A stretch of DNA of 62,703 nt, counting the filler. It is 6 parts of 6 records of this genome, joined end to end, with 100 filler letters (N's around TTAATTAATTAA, not from the genome) between each part and the next. Parts side by side here need not be neighbours in the genome. Positions count along the whole stretch, not along the records: positions 31,558 to 46,538 come from SRR20825019_196; 5 more parts are not named here. One strand, given 5' to 3'. Positions 31,558 to 43,636 of this stretch are shown piece after piece. Each line of letters begins with the position of its first letter. Within the stretch, counting starts at the first letter, position 1. Position numbers and translations under genes: made by a program. The notes beneath the pieces are model-generated. The model did not search any database, had not been told where the DNA came from, and worked only from the letters and a program-made list of their open reading frames with translations.

Positions 31558-34500
31558 GGTGCCATTGGATACGACGGAGACATGTGCGCCCGCTGTGAAC
31601 AGGGGTATTATCGCCTGCGGGAGGCGTGTGAGACATGCCCCCGTCACGCCACTCTTGTGTTGGTTGCTCTGGGATTCTTTGTCTTCGTCATTCTTTGCGT
31701 CATATACGTATATGCGGGAAGAGAAGGTGATGGCTTTGCATCGACGGTCCGGCTGGGGATAGCGTTTGGTCAGGTGACGTCACTAACACTTTCGATGAAT
31801 GTCGATTGGCCGGGAATTATGCGTAGTGTTTTGCCGGTTTTCAAGGTGGCTTTTGTGGCGGATTTTGATATTGTTGTATCGTCTCCAGAGTGTAACATAG
31901 CAGGAATGACATGGTACCACAAGTGGCTGGCGTATATGGTGTTACCTGCGTTGATGGCTTTCGCATTTGTACTCATGTCTGTCGCAAGGTCATTCGCTCT
32001 TTGTTGTCCATTTTCCAGGCACCAGTCTAAGGGGTGTCGCATGGTCGTGACCCGCTTGGCGCTTCGATCTTTAGCATCCTACGGGAATGCCATGGTTATG
32101 TTTTACATTATGATATGCTACCAGGTACTCTCGTTCTTCAATTGTACAAAGCGCACGACGGCGGATGGATACATGCTGAGGGCTAGCCAGGACATCGTGT
32201 GTTACGAGGGGGATTGGCTCAAATGGCTGCCACTGGCGATACTTCTCTTCATCCTGTTTGTGCTGGGCACTCCCTTTGTACTTGTGCTGTGGATGTTTTA
32301 TCATCGTCGGAGGCGGACCGGAGAACTGGCACATTTGCAGTTGGGATGGCTCTATTCAACATATAGCAGCCACAGGGCAAAATTACCACTTGGGTGTACA
32401 TGCTTCAAGGAGGCATTGCGCCTGGGCCAGCACTGGGAGATCGTTCAGCTGATACACAAAATGGGTCTGATAGTGTCGGTTGTGTTCTTGCACGAATATG
32501 AAGTTGCCCAAACGGGCATGGCGTGCCTGCTGGGCATCACCATGGTCGTGCTGGCTATCGTGGCGAGACCCTTCAGGTGCTGGGATTGTCCAGTATACGG
32601 AGCCGGCGAATGCCATGGAGGCCACCACCTTCATCGCGGAATGAACGAACAGGTGGTTGTAATGTATATCTATCATTCCTTTCAACTGGTCGCTGCACTG
32701 GTACTGACTTTGTACCAAACAATGCCACCTTGGGTGGAGGTGTTCATGGGCACTTTGGTGGTGATTCTTATGAGCATTTTCCCCATCCACCTTATCATAT
32801 ATCGGGCGCGAGCCGCCGCGCACGCGGCCAGGTCCAAGCGGGAAATGTCACAATTCCTGCATGCTACGTGTCTTAACCATGGCAAGGGTCGCATCGCTGT
32901 AGCATCGGAGGGTGTCATTGTGTTGTACACCATGGGGCGTGTAATGACAACATACACCAAGGTGGCGGGGCTCCCGCGGTTGACGCCGCGGCAGAAGGAG
33001 ATGAATTGGCCTGCCACGGGAAGCCGGATGGAGTTCATCTGCGCTGGCCCGGCGCCGTCCTCGTCATTGCGAATGAAGGGGAAGCTTTCTTATCTGTGGG
33101 TGGCCACGAGCACACACTTCATGGTTCTACATCCCCGCACGCTCGAGCTAGTTCACGAACCCTATGCCCGTCCCTCGTCGATGTATGGCAAGAAGATCAT
33201 TTGGATGGGAGTGCTTCGCGATAGGTCCTTGAAGAAAAGTACACTGCATCTCATCGTTGTTACATCGGGCGTTCCCGCTGGAGTATTTGTCATGGAACAC
33301 ATATTCGCCTCTCTCATAGGCAAGGATACACCCAAGCCACGGGCAATCCGCCGAGCCCAATCCGCGCTAAATGGCTCCGAGCACGCTCATATTGCTGGGC
33401 GACTGGAACGGCGAAATTCGGAGGGACATATCCATCATTTCGATGAATTGACATCCAACTCATCTGGGGATGAAATTACGGATCAGGAGGGATTGTATGG
33501 TGGCAAGGCTTGTAAAAATGCCCAGATATCTTGGCGATACCTCATGCTGGAGTTTTGCAGCGTGGCAGGAGGATGGCTAGATGAGAAAGGAATGTGTGTG
33601 CACCTTACTGCTACACTACACAGCCAGTCACGCGTTGGCCTCGTGAAAATAAGGGTGGATCATGAAGGTTTCCATCAAGAGCGCTTCTTGGTGCGCGAGA
33701 ATTCCTCCAGGAAGCTCAAGAACAATGTGTATAGTACGGTCCATAGTGCTGACCACCATTCCCAAGATGTCCAAGCAAGTGCTGTACTTGACGCCATCAA
33801 TCCGTCCGTAGTGAAGGACTCGCGCCATCATTCCAGCCATCGCTCGTTGCTGAACTTTATCCCCCTAGTGATTGGATCGAAGTCTCGCTCGGACAGCGCC
33901 TCGAGCTCTAAAGTCTATCCGGAGGAGCCCCATTCCGCCGGTCATCCCACCCTCGGGAATGCATCTCCATATGGGATTCCATTCAAGGTAGTCCATGAAG
34001 CAAGGGGCCACGAGCTACTGAGGGCCGCCTGTATTTGCCATGACCCCGACCGAGGGCTTCTTTACATTGGCGTTCATGTTCTCGGCGACTATAGTATGAT
34101 ATTTTCATCGGATCTTTCCTCAGAATCACCCGCAACCTTGATATGGCATGGCCGCGGTGTGTTATCCTCCTTGGTCTATGACAGCTTCAGATCCGTTCTG
34201 TGTGGATGCACTGAGGTGGGGACCCATGTGATCCCTGTTGGCTTCGGCCATGCCCAGGCTGCGGTGGTGCGTTCCTCTACCCATTCATCGTATCTTCACC
34301 AATTATGTGTGACTAGAGCAGGCGTTTTTGGCATTGGGACCTCTGTCCAGGGACATGTCGAGGTATTGTCAAGCAGGTTGCTTCGCAGTTTGGCCCCCCC
34401 ATGTCCCAGAATGCGCAGTGTTCCCACGGGGCACCCCGGTGTACACGTGCCGGGTGTATCGATCATGGCAATGGAGACACGACCGGTGGACTTGGAAGCG

Positions 34501-36672
34501 CCTACCCGCAGCGATAATGGACGAAAGAAAGAAATTGTGAATCGTGAAGGACTGCTGCTATTCCGTAAGAAGAGAGGCGCCAGTCAAGACCTCCTTGGGG
34601 CGCCGTCAATGGATCCGTTTGGATGGGAGACCGGTTCCTTGCGCCTCTGTGGAAATCCACGGAATTACTTTAAGAATGCTTCAAGGGCGGGCAGCGTGTG
34701 CGACTGTGTGGTGTTGCCCCATGGTCTGGGGGTGCTGGTTGCGGATAGCAGGAACGCCTTATGGATGTGGGAAAGCAGCTCGAATGGACATGATCCACGT
34801 GAAGGTTCAGAGCGATGTGCGGTAGTCACTTTACCCACCTCACGTTCCACACGGGTTATGAAATTGGTTCCTCTCCCGTGCACGGACAGCCGCCACATAG
34901 CGGTGGTGTTGGTGGACCCCGCTTCTCGGCCCAATAGAGTGGGTGTCTTAATTGTTGCCATCACAGGACCACAATCTTTGAGAGTTTGTGACGTGAATCC
35001 TGTGTGGTATCGTCTGGGCGACACATCTCCCTTTGCTTCTGCTACCATTGTAACAGCCAGCACCGCCGAAGGCGATCCTTCCCTGCTCGTTGGTACCGAC
35101 AGAACCACCATTTACCGAATCAACATCGTCACTCGTCGAGTTGCATCATTTCATATCCGTAGTGAACATCACCGCGAGAATCAGCCAGCAAGGGTCCGGG
35201 ACATGCTGATGCCAGAGGGTTCCGAACAATTGTGGGTCGCCATGGAAAATGAGTTGTGTGTGCTGCCGTTCCATTTGTTAGGGTCTGAACATGACGTCAA
35301 CAGAATATGTAGTAATGATGTCCTACTGAGCTACAGGCAAATGCTTGTTGAAACTCGAGGTTCACCGGTGCACGGTAGAGATGATATCACATCTGTGAGA
35401 TTTCTGGGCCTAGCAGAGTGCCCGATGTTCCCCCAAGATATGGCTGTACTCGCCGAAGTGCAAGGTGGAGAGGCCACGGAGATAAGGCTTTGCTCCCTGG
35501 TGGTCTCCGCCGCCACAAGGAGAGTGTTGCGCGCGGACATTCTTGGGACCGGTGTGGTGCTTGCGCAGTCGAAGGCACATTTCTCATATGATCAGTCGTG
35601 TCGTAGTATCCTGGCTGGCCCGTGCAGAGAGTCCAATGTGAACCCAACGCAGAATAGCCAAATGTTCCTTCTCCGTATATCGCTGCATAACAGTCAGAAG
35701 ATGAACCTACCCTACGAATCGAAAACAGACGGCGCTGTATTGATTCGCGCGAGCCTGGAAGGCGAAGCAGCACTTAGTGGGAATGAGATGGGCAGGCAGC
35801 TTATTCTGTGTGGAACAGGGAACAAAGTGCATTATTGGGACGCCCACGTGCACGAGGGGTGGCGGCAGCTGCAACTATCTCTCTCACGAACAAAGGCAGG
35901 AGCGTGTCAGCGGCAGGTGAAGGCGCTACGTGGATGGCTGAGGAGGGATGTTGATAGGACATGGGTCATTCGCCACGAGAGAGATCCCCACGAGTGCCAT
36001 AGAGATGAGGCATCACATCATCGTCTTGTCCGTGCCATGCTGCAGGCTACGGTGCGCCACTGGTCCGGGGCGGATGCGCGGATGAGAGAAGTGGCCCCAC
36101 TTCGATCCCCATTTGATGTATCTATGGATGCTGCCGCCCCAGCCAGTATCAGCGCCGAAACGCTCAATACAATGGCAGAGCAGCACGCCCTGTGGGAGGA
36201 GGAGGTTGCTGCTGTAATCGAAGGCAGCAGATCCACCTCACTGGGCCATTCATCACTCGCTGGTGCTTTGGTAGTAGCGTTTGACGACAAGATTGTCACG
36301 GGTTGCCGGCTTCCCATCAAAGCGCTCACTAGGAGAGTAGACGGCTTGCTGTGGGCCACGATATCACTGCGAAACACTTTCGTCAAGGTGTCAGGGGTCT
36401 GGCATCTATGGAGCGTCGCAGCCCGCAACATGGCAACCTGTGAGTGGACGGTGGAAGACTTCGGGGGCCCTGCACATTATCAGTTGAAGATTTCTGCTCA
36501 ACCCGAGATACAGTTGGAGTGGACAGATGTATTGGTTGGCATACGGGTGGAGCAACGACAGGGTACGGTGGTGTCCAGGAACCTGCCGCCGCCAGCGGAG
36601 ATGTACTGGTTGAGGATTCGATTTCCTCCACTGCGCGCGCACGCTTCACCATCGAAATTCACAGACCATTAA
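31558..36672 (+). CDS. Large membrane protein, 5' truncated: Cys-rich (EGF/laminin-like) repeat, multi-pass TM region, ~1290-aa C-terminal region
   Basis: Frame is open from the contig edge (GYDGDMCARCEQGYY..CETCP); Q..S..L..WP and F.C..L..D..CY..W motifs typical of protist Cys-rich multi-TM proteins; 5.1 kb without stops. Confidence 0.85.
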   Translation, partial: GAIGYDGDMCARCEQGYYRLREACETCPRHATLVLVALGFFVFVILCVIYVYAGREGDGFASTVRLGIAFGQVTSLTLSMNVDWPGIMRSVLPVFKVAFVADFDIVVSSPECNIAGMTWYHKWLAYMVLPALMAFAFVLMSVARSFALCCPFSRHQSKGCRMVVTRLALRSLASYGNAMVMFYIMICYQVLSFFNCTKRTTADGYMLRASQDIVCYEGDWLKWLPLAILLFILFVLGTPFVLVLWMFYHRRRRTGELAHLQLGWLYSTYSSHRAKLPLGCTCFKEALRLGQHWEIVQLIHKMGLIVSVVFLHEYEVAQTGMACLLGITMVVLAIVARPFRCWDCPVYGAGECHGGHHLHRGMNEQVVVMYIYHSFQLVAALVLTLYQTMPPWVEVFMGTLVVILMSIFPIHLIIYRARAAAHAARSKREMSQFLHATCLNHGKGRIAVASEGVIVLYTMGRVMTTYTKVAGLPRLTPRQKEMNWPATGSRMEFICAGPAPSSSLRMKGKLSYLWVATSTHFMVLHPRTLELVHEPYARPSSMYGKKIIWMGVLRDRSLKKSTLHLIVVTSGVPAGVFVMEHIFASLIGKDTPKPRAIRRAQSALNGSEHAHIAGRLERRNSEGHIHHFDELTSNSSGDEITDQEGLYGGKACKNAQISWRYLMLEFCSVAGGWLDEKGMCVHLTATLHSQSRVGLVKIRVDHEGFHQERFLVRENSSRKLKNNVYSTVHSADHHSQDVQASAVLDAINPSVVKDSRHHSSHRSLLNFIPLVIGSKSRSDSASSSKVYPEEPHSAGHPTLGNASPYGIPFKVVHEARGHELLRAACICHDPDRGLLYIGVHVLGDYSMIFSSDLSSESPATLIWHGRGVLSSLVYDSFRSVLCGCTEVGTHVIPVGFGHAQAAVVRSSTHSSYLHQLCVTRAGVFGIGTSVQGHVEVLSSRLLRSLAPPCPRMRSVPTGHPGVHVPGVSIMAMETRPVDLEAPTRSDNGRKKEIVNREGLLLFRKKRGASQDLLGAPSMDPFGWETGSLRLCGNPRNYFKNASRAGSVCDCVVLPHGLGVLVADSRNALWMWESSSNGHDPREGSERCAVVTLPTSRSTRVMKLVPLPCTDSRHIAVVLVDPASRPNRVGVLIVAITGPQSLRVCDVNPVWYRLGDTSPFASATIVTASTAEGDPSLLVGTDRTTIYRINIVTRRVASFHIRSEHHRENQPARVRDMLMPEGSEQLWVAMENELCVLPFHLLGSEHDVNRICSNDVLLSYRQMLVETRGSPVHGRDDITSVRFLGLAECPMFPQDMAVLAEVQGGEATEIRLCSLVVSAATRRVLRADILGTGVVLAQSKAHFSYDQSCRSILAGPCRESNVNPTQNSQMFLLRISLHNSQKMNLPYESKTDGAVLIRASLEGEAALSGNEMGRQLILCGTGNKVHYWDAHVHEGWRQLQLSLSRTKAGACQRQVKALRGWLRRDVDRTWVIRHERDPHECHRDEASHHRLVRAMLQATVRHWSGADARMREVAPLRSPFDVSMDAAAPASISAETLNTMAEQHALWEEEVAAVIEGSRSTSLGHSSLAGALVVAFDDKIVTGCRLPIKALTRRVDGLLWATISLRNTFVKVSGVWHLWSVAARNMATCEWTVEDFGGPAHYQLKISAQPEIQLEWTDVLVGIRVEQRQGTVVSRNLPPPAEMYWLRIRFPPLRAHASPSKFTDH

Positions 36673-37294
36673 CAGAACTAGGAGCTAAAAATAAATCCTA
36701 TCCAGCTAGCCATCTCAAGTAAGTTGCGGCTTGAGGACTCCCCATAAGGATGCGGCTATACCGTGGATCCGATGTGCCCCATGCAGTCACGATTACGGAC
36801 ACCAGTCAGATGCAGATGTGATTTCCAGCACGCCAGTCCCGCATCCCTGTTGGGGCATTGGTGTAAGTCAGTGGTATGGGGTCGTGGCGAACGCGCAGTT
36901 AAGCTATGGATATGTGAATGGTATTGTAAGGCCGAGCTCTAGACAATCAAGAGTCGTTTATACATCCTCCTGTTCGCCGAGACCCCATCCTAGGGGCCCG
37001 GTGCATCCTATCACAACTCCGAATATGTCATTAAGCCCACGAGTGGCACAGGGGGCACGGTGGCCCCGGCGGCCCGCCCAGAGCGGCTGGTCGGGAATGG
37101 TGGGCGTCGCTTGACACGCCCGCCGGCCACGGTCGTGACGCCGCGCCGTCAAATGCCCCGTCAAACTGAGCCCGATGAAGAGCAAAAGTGGCTCGGCGGG
37201 TCCGGAGATATCAGTTCAATAGTTAGTCAGACAGAGAATGAAATGATCTAGGGGAATCAAGTATTTAACTAAGCCAGTAAGGCCTGCAGCCATG

Positions 37295-39228
37295 TTAGTG
37301 AGGCAACGGGACAGTTCCCTCATTTGAGAACAATCCGTGGGGATCCAGTTCGGCCTTAACTTTCTGCAAGTGTTCAAAGTGTCCGGGATCGGGGAAGAAG
37401 CTGCTGGCGGTGTCGGGGTTTGCAAGATTGGTGGCCTCGGGGTATAGCGAGGATGGGGACATCCACGTTGAACGGTCGGCCACGCCACTCTTGTACTCCC
37501 AGTACCTTTGGGTCTTCTCACGGAAGGCCTTCATCCGCTCCACAACCTCGTCATACCGAGTAATGTTGGTGACAAACATCCAGTCGTCCACGTAAGCCTT
37601 GGTGTCTCTCCAGGTGAGCGAGTTCATGCCGGCATTGCGTGTCCATTGGCTGCTGTGGCCAATGGGCAAGAACTGGAAGTTGGGGTAAACCTCGGGAATC
37701 ATCTGCATCCTCTCGTGCACCTCATCCACCATGATCTGAATGAACTCGTCGTCCCACCAGTAGTCACTGTGGAAAGAGTTGACCGCATATCGATCATTCC
37801 TGTTGACCCAGTGATCAGTCATCATCCGCGTGACGTATGACATTGGCGCGGGGATGTTCAGGGTCTTGGGGAAGCAACTGTGCTCGATATCCCAGAATGG
37901 AGTGAGATACCTGTTCTTCCAGTATTTGGTCATCGGCCCACTGTCAATGCCACTCCAGAACATGAACGCATCCATCTCGGGAGTAATATCCTTGGTGCGC
38001 GTAGACGGGCCAACCACGAACAACACCTTCATGTCTCGGAGGCCCTTCTCTTCTTGGTCCTTAACGATGAACATGCTGTGACGGAACGCCTTAAGGAAAT
38101 TTTCCTTTGAATACGCCATCTTAATGAAGATCATTCGGCTGTGGGGCACGGTACGGTCACCAATAGCATCCATCGTGTACTGAGTGATGACTCCCCAACT
38201 TCCAGGCGCACTTCCAAGCACGGCTTTGTAGTATGTGGAATTCCGATCGTCCCTGGAAACCTCCATCACCTCACCATCCGCCTTGACGAGACGGAATGAC
38301 TTGACGTAGTCCAGGCCGGAGCCGTGAGACTGCGTCAACATCCCCCAAGCGCTGCTCTGATAGTGCCCCCCGAACCCAACGTCCGCACATCCGCCGTGAG
38401 GCACCGTGAGGAGGTGGCCAAGTGTATGGGTTGCAAACTGATTGAGAAGTATACCTGGCCCTGTAGTCACCGTGCCCCCGTCTGATGTCAACCCGTTGCC
38501 TTTGACTGTGACCTTGTCCATGCGGCCTAAGTCTAGCTGCATGCATCGCTCGTCATTGCACGACGATGCACCGGTGTAGGAATGGCCTCCGCTTCGCGCC
38601 GTGACTTTGTATCCACAGCGGCCGGCAAACCGCACGGCGCTCTGAACGTGTGTCTCCTCACTGCACTCGACAATTACGGCAGGCTTCAGTGCAGACTGGG
38701 CGGTGGCTTCTGGGCCCAAGAACTGAGCGTACTGGTTGAGGCGAACCTTGTCATAGTCTTCTCCCTCTTTGGGAGTCCTGCGCACATAACGTTTGTCCAC
38801 CATCCAACGTATTCACAAGGTAGCGCCACTTACCAGACAGCATAGGCGTCGATATGCACTCGAGGGTCGCAGCCTTCCCCGTGGCGGAGATGTGCTCTCA
38901 GGCTATCGGAGTGGCCACCGTGTGGTTGTGACAGTATGCTATATTCGTCATGACGTGATGGAGCTGATTTCCGAAGCATCGACTCCATTTCCAGTCTTGA
39001 GTTGTGATAGTATTCAAGCAGCTCTCCCAGTGTTTGGGGAGTGTGGTGAGTGTCGTTCTTCATATTGTCCACACCTAGTTTGCACGTGGTCACCCCAGCG
39101 GCATCTGGTTCGTCGTTTTGGAGCCTGCGACTGAGGGCTGGGTGCGTGGCCCTCAACGGCTCGTCCAAAGAAACACCAGCCTCTGCGGATGCCAATAAAG
39201 TGCAGAGGAATATTGCCACCTGCCACAT
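37295..39228 (-). CDS. Secreted FAD-linked oxidase, berberine bridge enzyme/AA7-like, ~625 aa, one intron (38778-38833)
   Basis: Signal peptide MWQVAIFLCTLLASAEA, RSGGHSY, PHGGCADVGFGGH, KVKAELDPHGLF. A 56-nt GTAAGT..GCAG intron joins the two track ORFs in frame. Confidence 0.92.
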
Positions 39229-39399
39229 ATTGCCAGTCCTGACAGCTTGCAATTCTACGTTGACTCTTATTATAATTAATTATCTTGGAGGGACGTCGAC
39301 TTGCCCCGCTTACCCCGCTCGCAGGGTGCAAGGGGCCCAGGCTGCGGCACGTTGAAGCAAAGCACTAGCCATGTGCATGGCGTGTTGCACCTGGTGATT

Positions 39400-40530
39400 A
39401 GACGGTGTGGCCCGCGGCCGCGGACTGTGCGCCGTGGGCTGGCGATCGGGCGCCAGCGGCCTGGCTCTGTGCGCAGTTGAGGGGTGTCTGTTCGCTAGCT
39501 AACAGGCTAACATGAATTCGAAGCACTCCTGACTGGTGGTTGTCGGATCGCGCCAGTCCCCCACTGATCACCGGTGGCAGGCGCCGGCCGGGCCCGGGGC
39601 TGGACCCGCCCGGCGGCGGGGCCGCCCCCCGACCGCGCGGACCACCGTGGCGCGAGTCCGGCCGCGGCCCGCCGGGCCGGCAGGTCCGCCGACCCCGGAC
39701 TCGGCGCCGCTCACCGGACGCCGGCTCAGCGATGAGCCGGCGAGCCGCTCCATGCTGGGCTCTGCCAAATGGTATGGGGGTGGTAGTAGCTCGGCCAAGC
39801 GCCGCGATCGGGTCGCTGCCTCCGATACACACGCTCTTCTCGGAATTTACTTAATTAAAGCGGCAGCGGGGCGGCCGGTCACCACCCGCAGTCACCGGCG
39901 TGGTAGAGGGACCCAAGCCCATCGCACAGCCCATCACAGTCCCCACTATGTGATGTCCTTCACGAGTGTCTGCTTCGACAGGAAAATGGGATCACGAGAG
40001 CCTCCTAACTTTATTTCCTGCGGGGTCATTGGGTGGAAGCCGTGAAACTTTATCGATCCCCGGGCATAATGGAAACGTGTCAATTATGAAATCATGGAAC
40101 GAGCCCAGAAGATCAACCGCGTTTTCTCTTTTCAGTTTTGGACACATCCCTACACAATGGCGGGGCCGGGCCGTCCGGTCAGAGTCCACTGTCCAGCCAT
40201 TCCGTCAGTACTGATGGCGCCCAAGGGGCGGCCGCCGGGCGACGCAGCCACCTGGCCGGGGCCGGCGCCCGGCTGAGCCGGCCGGCCGGCCACCCGTGAT
40301 GCCCGCGCTCAGTGGCGGCGGCCCGGAACCACCCGGGGGGCACCTCCCCGGTGCCACTCGGTCACTGGCAGGCTGCGCAACCTCGCGGCGCGTCCGGCCG
40401 GCGGGTACTGACCTGACCCGCCGGCAGCGCCGGCACGTTTTGGTCCGTCTCGGGGTTCACCGTCCGGTCGGTGCGTGGGCATCAGCTGTCCGGGCCTCAG
40501 TGAGACCGCCCGCCCGGCTGCTCATGCCAT
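39400..40530. promoter_or_regulatory. Paired GC islands with an AT-richer core, between divergent secreted-protein genes
   Basis: GC blocks at ~39570-39750 and ~40215-40520 around a core at ~39950-40150. Confidence 0.55.
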
Positions 40531-40628
40531 GACCATGCTCTCAGTGCACGGTGTGGCTGTCGGTGGACGGCATCAAAAATATGTCACCCGGCGGCAGACA
40601 CTTCACTCGACATGTCTCGCGGTTTACC

Positions 40629-43600
40629 ATGCGGGCAGTAGTGTTTTGCCTAGTCGCCTTTGCCATGGCTGTGTCGGGGCGCTTGGCTGAGCCGAAGACC
40701 AATGCCCCGGCAACACCCGCATTTGTGGAAACACGAGAGAAAGTACTTCCAGTCCCGCCAGAACCTCTAGTCTTGGGTCCCATTGCCGCTGGGGCAGCCT
40801 CCGACTTGATGCGGCGGGCTGTCTCCCCCAGCTCTGGGCGACGCGTCAGTGTTCCAGGGATTGGTGGGGTTGTGAGCGTGGTTCAGTACCTGATGGATAT
40901 GCGTGCAAACAAGGCGAGGCACAACGAGCTTAAGGCGATGTATCCTGTAGTGCTAGAGCAGCTTCGCGCGCTGCGGGAGGCTCCCGAGCTATTGCTGAGC
41001 CGGTCCGTGAGCAACTCCGTGGTGAAGATTGGGGTGATTCTGGGAAGGATTCGAATGAAACTGTTCCCCAAGTCGAGGCGACGCATTGCTAAGCTGAGAA
41101 CATTGAAGGAGTATTATGACCTATATTCTGATGAAAAGAACATCGATGATCTGCAGTGGCAACTGTCTACGGTGCTACAGCTGCTGGCGACGGAGCAAGG
41201 CGAGCAACTCAAGGCCCTAGTGCTGTCTCTTGATCGATTCCGCCTCACCCTCCCACGTAAAGCCAGCACCACTGCCTTCTCTGAGAGCGCTGCCATCCGT
41301 ACCCTCCGCTCGGTTGAGGCTGCGTCCGCTGCTGGTGCAGATGAGGCCAAAGACCGCATGGAGCGATTTATGGGATTCCGTGCGACCCGTACGGAGACAG
41401 AGGCAGGTGGTCTTTTCAGGAAGGACGGGACGGTGGACCCACGTATATCTGCGCGATATGCAAAATTTGTGTCACGAACACTAGTGGATGGGCTGCAGGC
41501 GGAGATCAATGCTTTGGCAAATGCTCATCAGTCGGGCCGCGCCGCAGGGGCCCTCCAACGAGGTATCGAGGAGGTGCTGGGCCCTGAGCATGATGGTAAT
41601 ACCCACCTTGTCCGGCTCCTCCAACGCCTGTACGAAGTCATTGATGACCGGACCAGGGAGCCTCTTTCACCTGCCGCAAGGGCATATGAAGTCGCCACCC
41701 TTGGCGCGGAGGTGCAGCAATTGCTGGACGAGTGGAAGCACCGTGCCGAGCTGTCGATGCGCGATGCATCCGGGACCCTTCCACGGAAGAACGTTCATCT
41801 TTGGAAGAGTCTTGCTGAGGCATTTTCGCAAACTGGTGTGACACGGGCCGCCACTCGAACTATGGCCCGTGATAGCGCCAGCCGGGCATTATGTGAAGCC
41901 GGTTTGGATACCGCTTCTGCCAAGTGCAGAGAAGCTCAGTTGATCGCAGCGGAAGCATGTCAACGCACAGAATGGTATCTCCTCACGATGCTGCAGTCGG
42001 TTCTCGCAGCCCCGATGGAGGGTGCGCAAGCGGGCACTCGGAGGAGGCTCTGCGAGGGAAACGTTGGTGAGTTGGAAGCGTACCTGTTCCGTGGCCGTCA
42101 GGGGCGGCATCCAATGTCATACATTGTACAAGAGAACACTACTGGGGACAGCTATGTGGATCTCTGCAAGTATTGGTCGTTCAACGAATTGCTTGGGGCC
42201 ACGGTGGGTGGTGTCAACGGCGATGAGGCTTCTTCCCAAGCTACCCATGACCGCGATTCGAGCACAGTCACTGGCCACGAGGATGGGGCTGTGGGTGGTG
42301 CGTCGGACGATGATGAGTCCCCGCTGCCGGACGCCTTCGCTACGATGCCTCCTGCTTCTGATGATGAGGGAAAGCTCCATCTGGGACAGCCAGAGTTTGC
42401 GAAGCACCTAGAGGTGTACACATCTTGTCACAGCCATGTGCAATTGGCATCTCGCATCGTTCTTGAGATGATTGCCCGTGTTAAATCCAACAACAAAATC
42501 AAGATCAAACATCTTCATAAGGACGCGCTGGTGGACGCACTAGTGTCTCTGCTTTTCAACATTGGTGTGATCAACCATTGTGCCGCCCGCAGGCTAGTTG
42601 AGTCACGTAGTGACCGTAATGGACCCCGGCTTGTCCACATGGCGGAGCAGTCTGTATGGTCCATGCTAACAGCGGGGTCAATCAGTGATGATTATGGGAT
42701 TGTGGTCGCAAATGTGAACTACAACGCATTGGCCGAGGAAGAAGATGTTGATTCCAAGGACATGGATGAGGGTCGGGGCTTGAATGTTGAAGGGGGTGAT
42801 GACTCTAGCAGTCATGAAGTGGTGGGCTCTCCTGATAGCAGCGCTGGATCGGACGGAAATGTCAGCGAGGATGAGGATGTGGACGATGGGTCCGGCGAGG
42901 ATGCCGCGACTGGCGCAAAGGAATCACCTCATGACAAAAAGAACGACAACGCCAATGACGAAGGTGTAGTGAAGTCACTCTACGACTCTGTAGGCCGCGC
43001 CCTCACTGAGGAGGAGGTGTGGCTATTCGTGGAAGAGTCGAAGGGACGGGTGATCTCGGTAGAGCCATTGGCAGCTATATTTGCCCGGCTCAGGGTTATC
43101 TTAGCGGAGGATAACATCAAGTCGACCAAGACTGCGCATTGGAAGGCATTTGAGCAATTGTGGCATGGTCTTATTGATGTGTATGGATCCTTGGTGAGTG
43201 ATGCTCGTTGCTTGGGGTGTTCTCGCAGTGCCTGACGTACGGTGAATTACAGGTAATATTTGATCGTTCGAGAATGCTTCTTCGTGAGAGCATGTCGGAT
43301 ATTGTGTGGTCAGGAAAGGAGACGTGTACCCTTAAGGTATGTATGCGGGGACGGGCTTGTCTCGACTGTCATGCTAAATCCTGCTTTTAGATACGGGATG
43401 CTGATAGCAAGTGCTTGAGCTATGGCAACCATCTTGATATCACCTGCGGTGGAAGTGTCTGGGCTGCCCAGCTTTCGAAGGCTGTCGGCGCAAGCGGGAG
43501 CGAGAATCTTGTTGGGGTCAAGAGTCTTGAGAACAGCGGCACAAATGGGATCTGGGATGACAGTACGATGTTGGCAGATGCCATCGTCCGTGCCCTCGAC

Positions 43601-43636
43601 TTAGCGACTCTCCGTAGACACCAGGAGCAAGAGTGA
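40629..43636 (+). CDS. Secreted hypothetical protein, ~964 aa, MLKL-like four-helix region near the N-terminus, acidic tract; introns 43194-43252 and 43337-43390
   Basis: MRAVVFCLVAFAMAVSG signal peptide; 2.5-kb first exon; GTGAGT..TACAG and GTATGT..TTTAG introns join the downstream track ORFs in frame. Confidence 0.8.

Noticed and set aside
39100..39150. SRRLQND as an RxLR/PEXEL host-targeting motif
   Set aside because: It matches neither consensus exactly and is not shared by the other secreted proteins.
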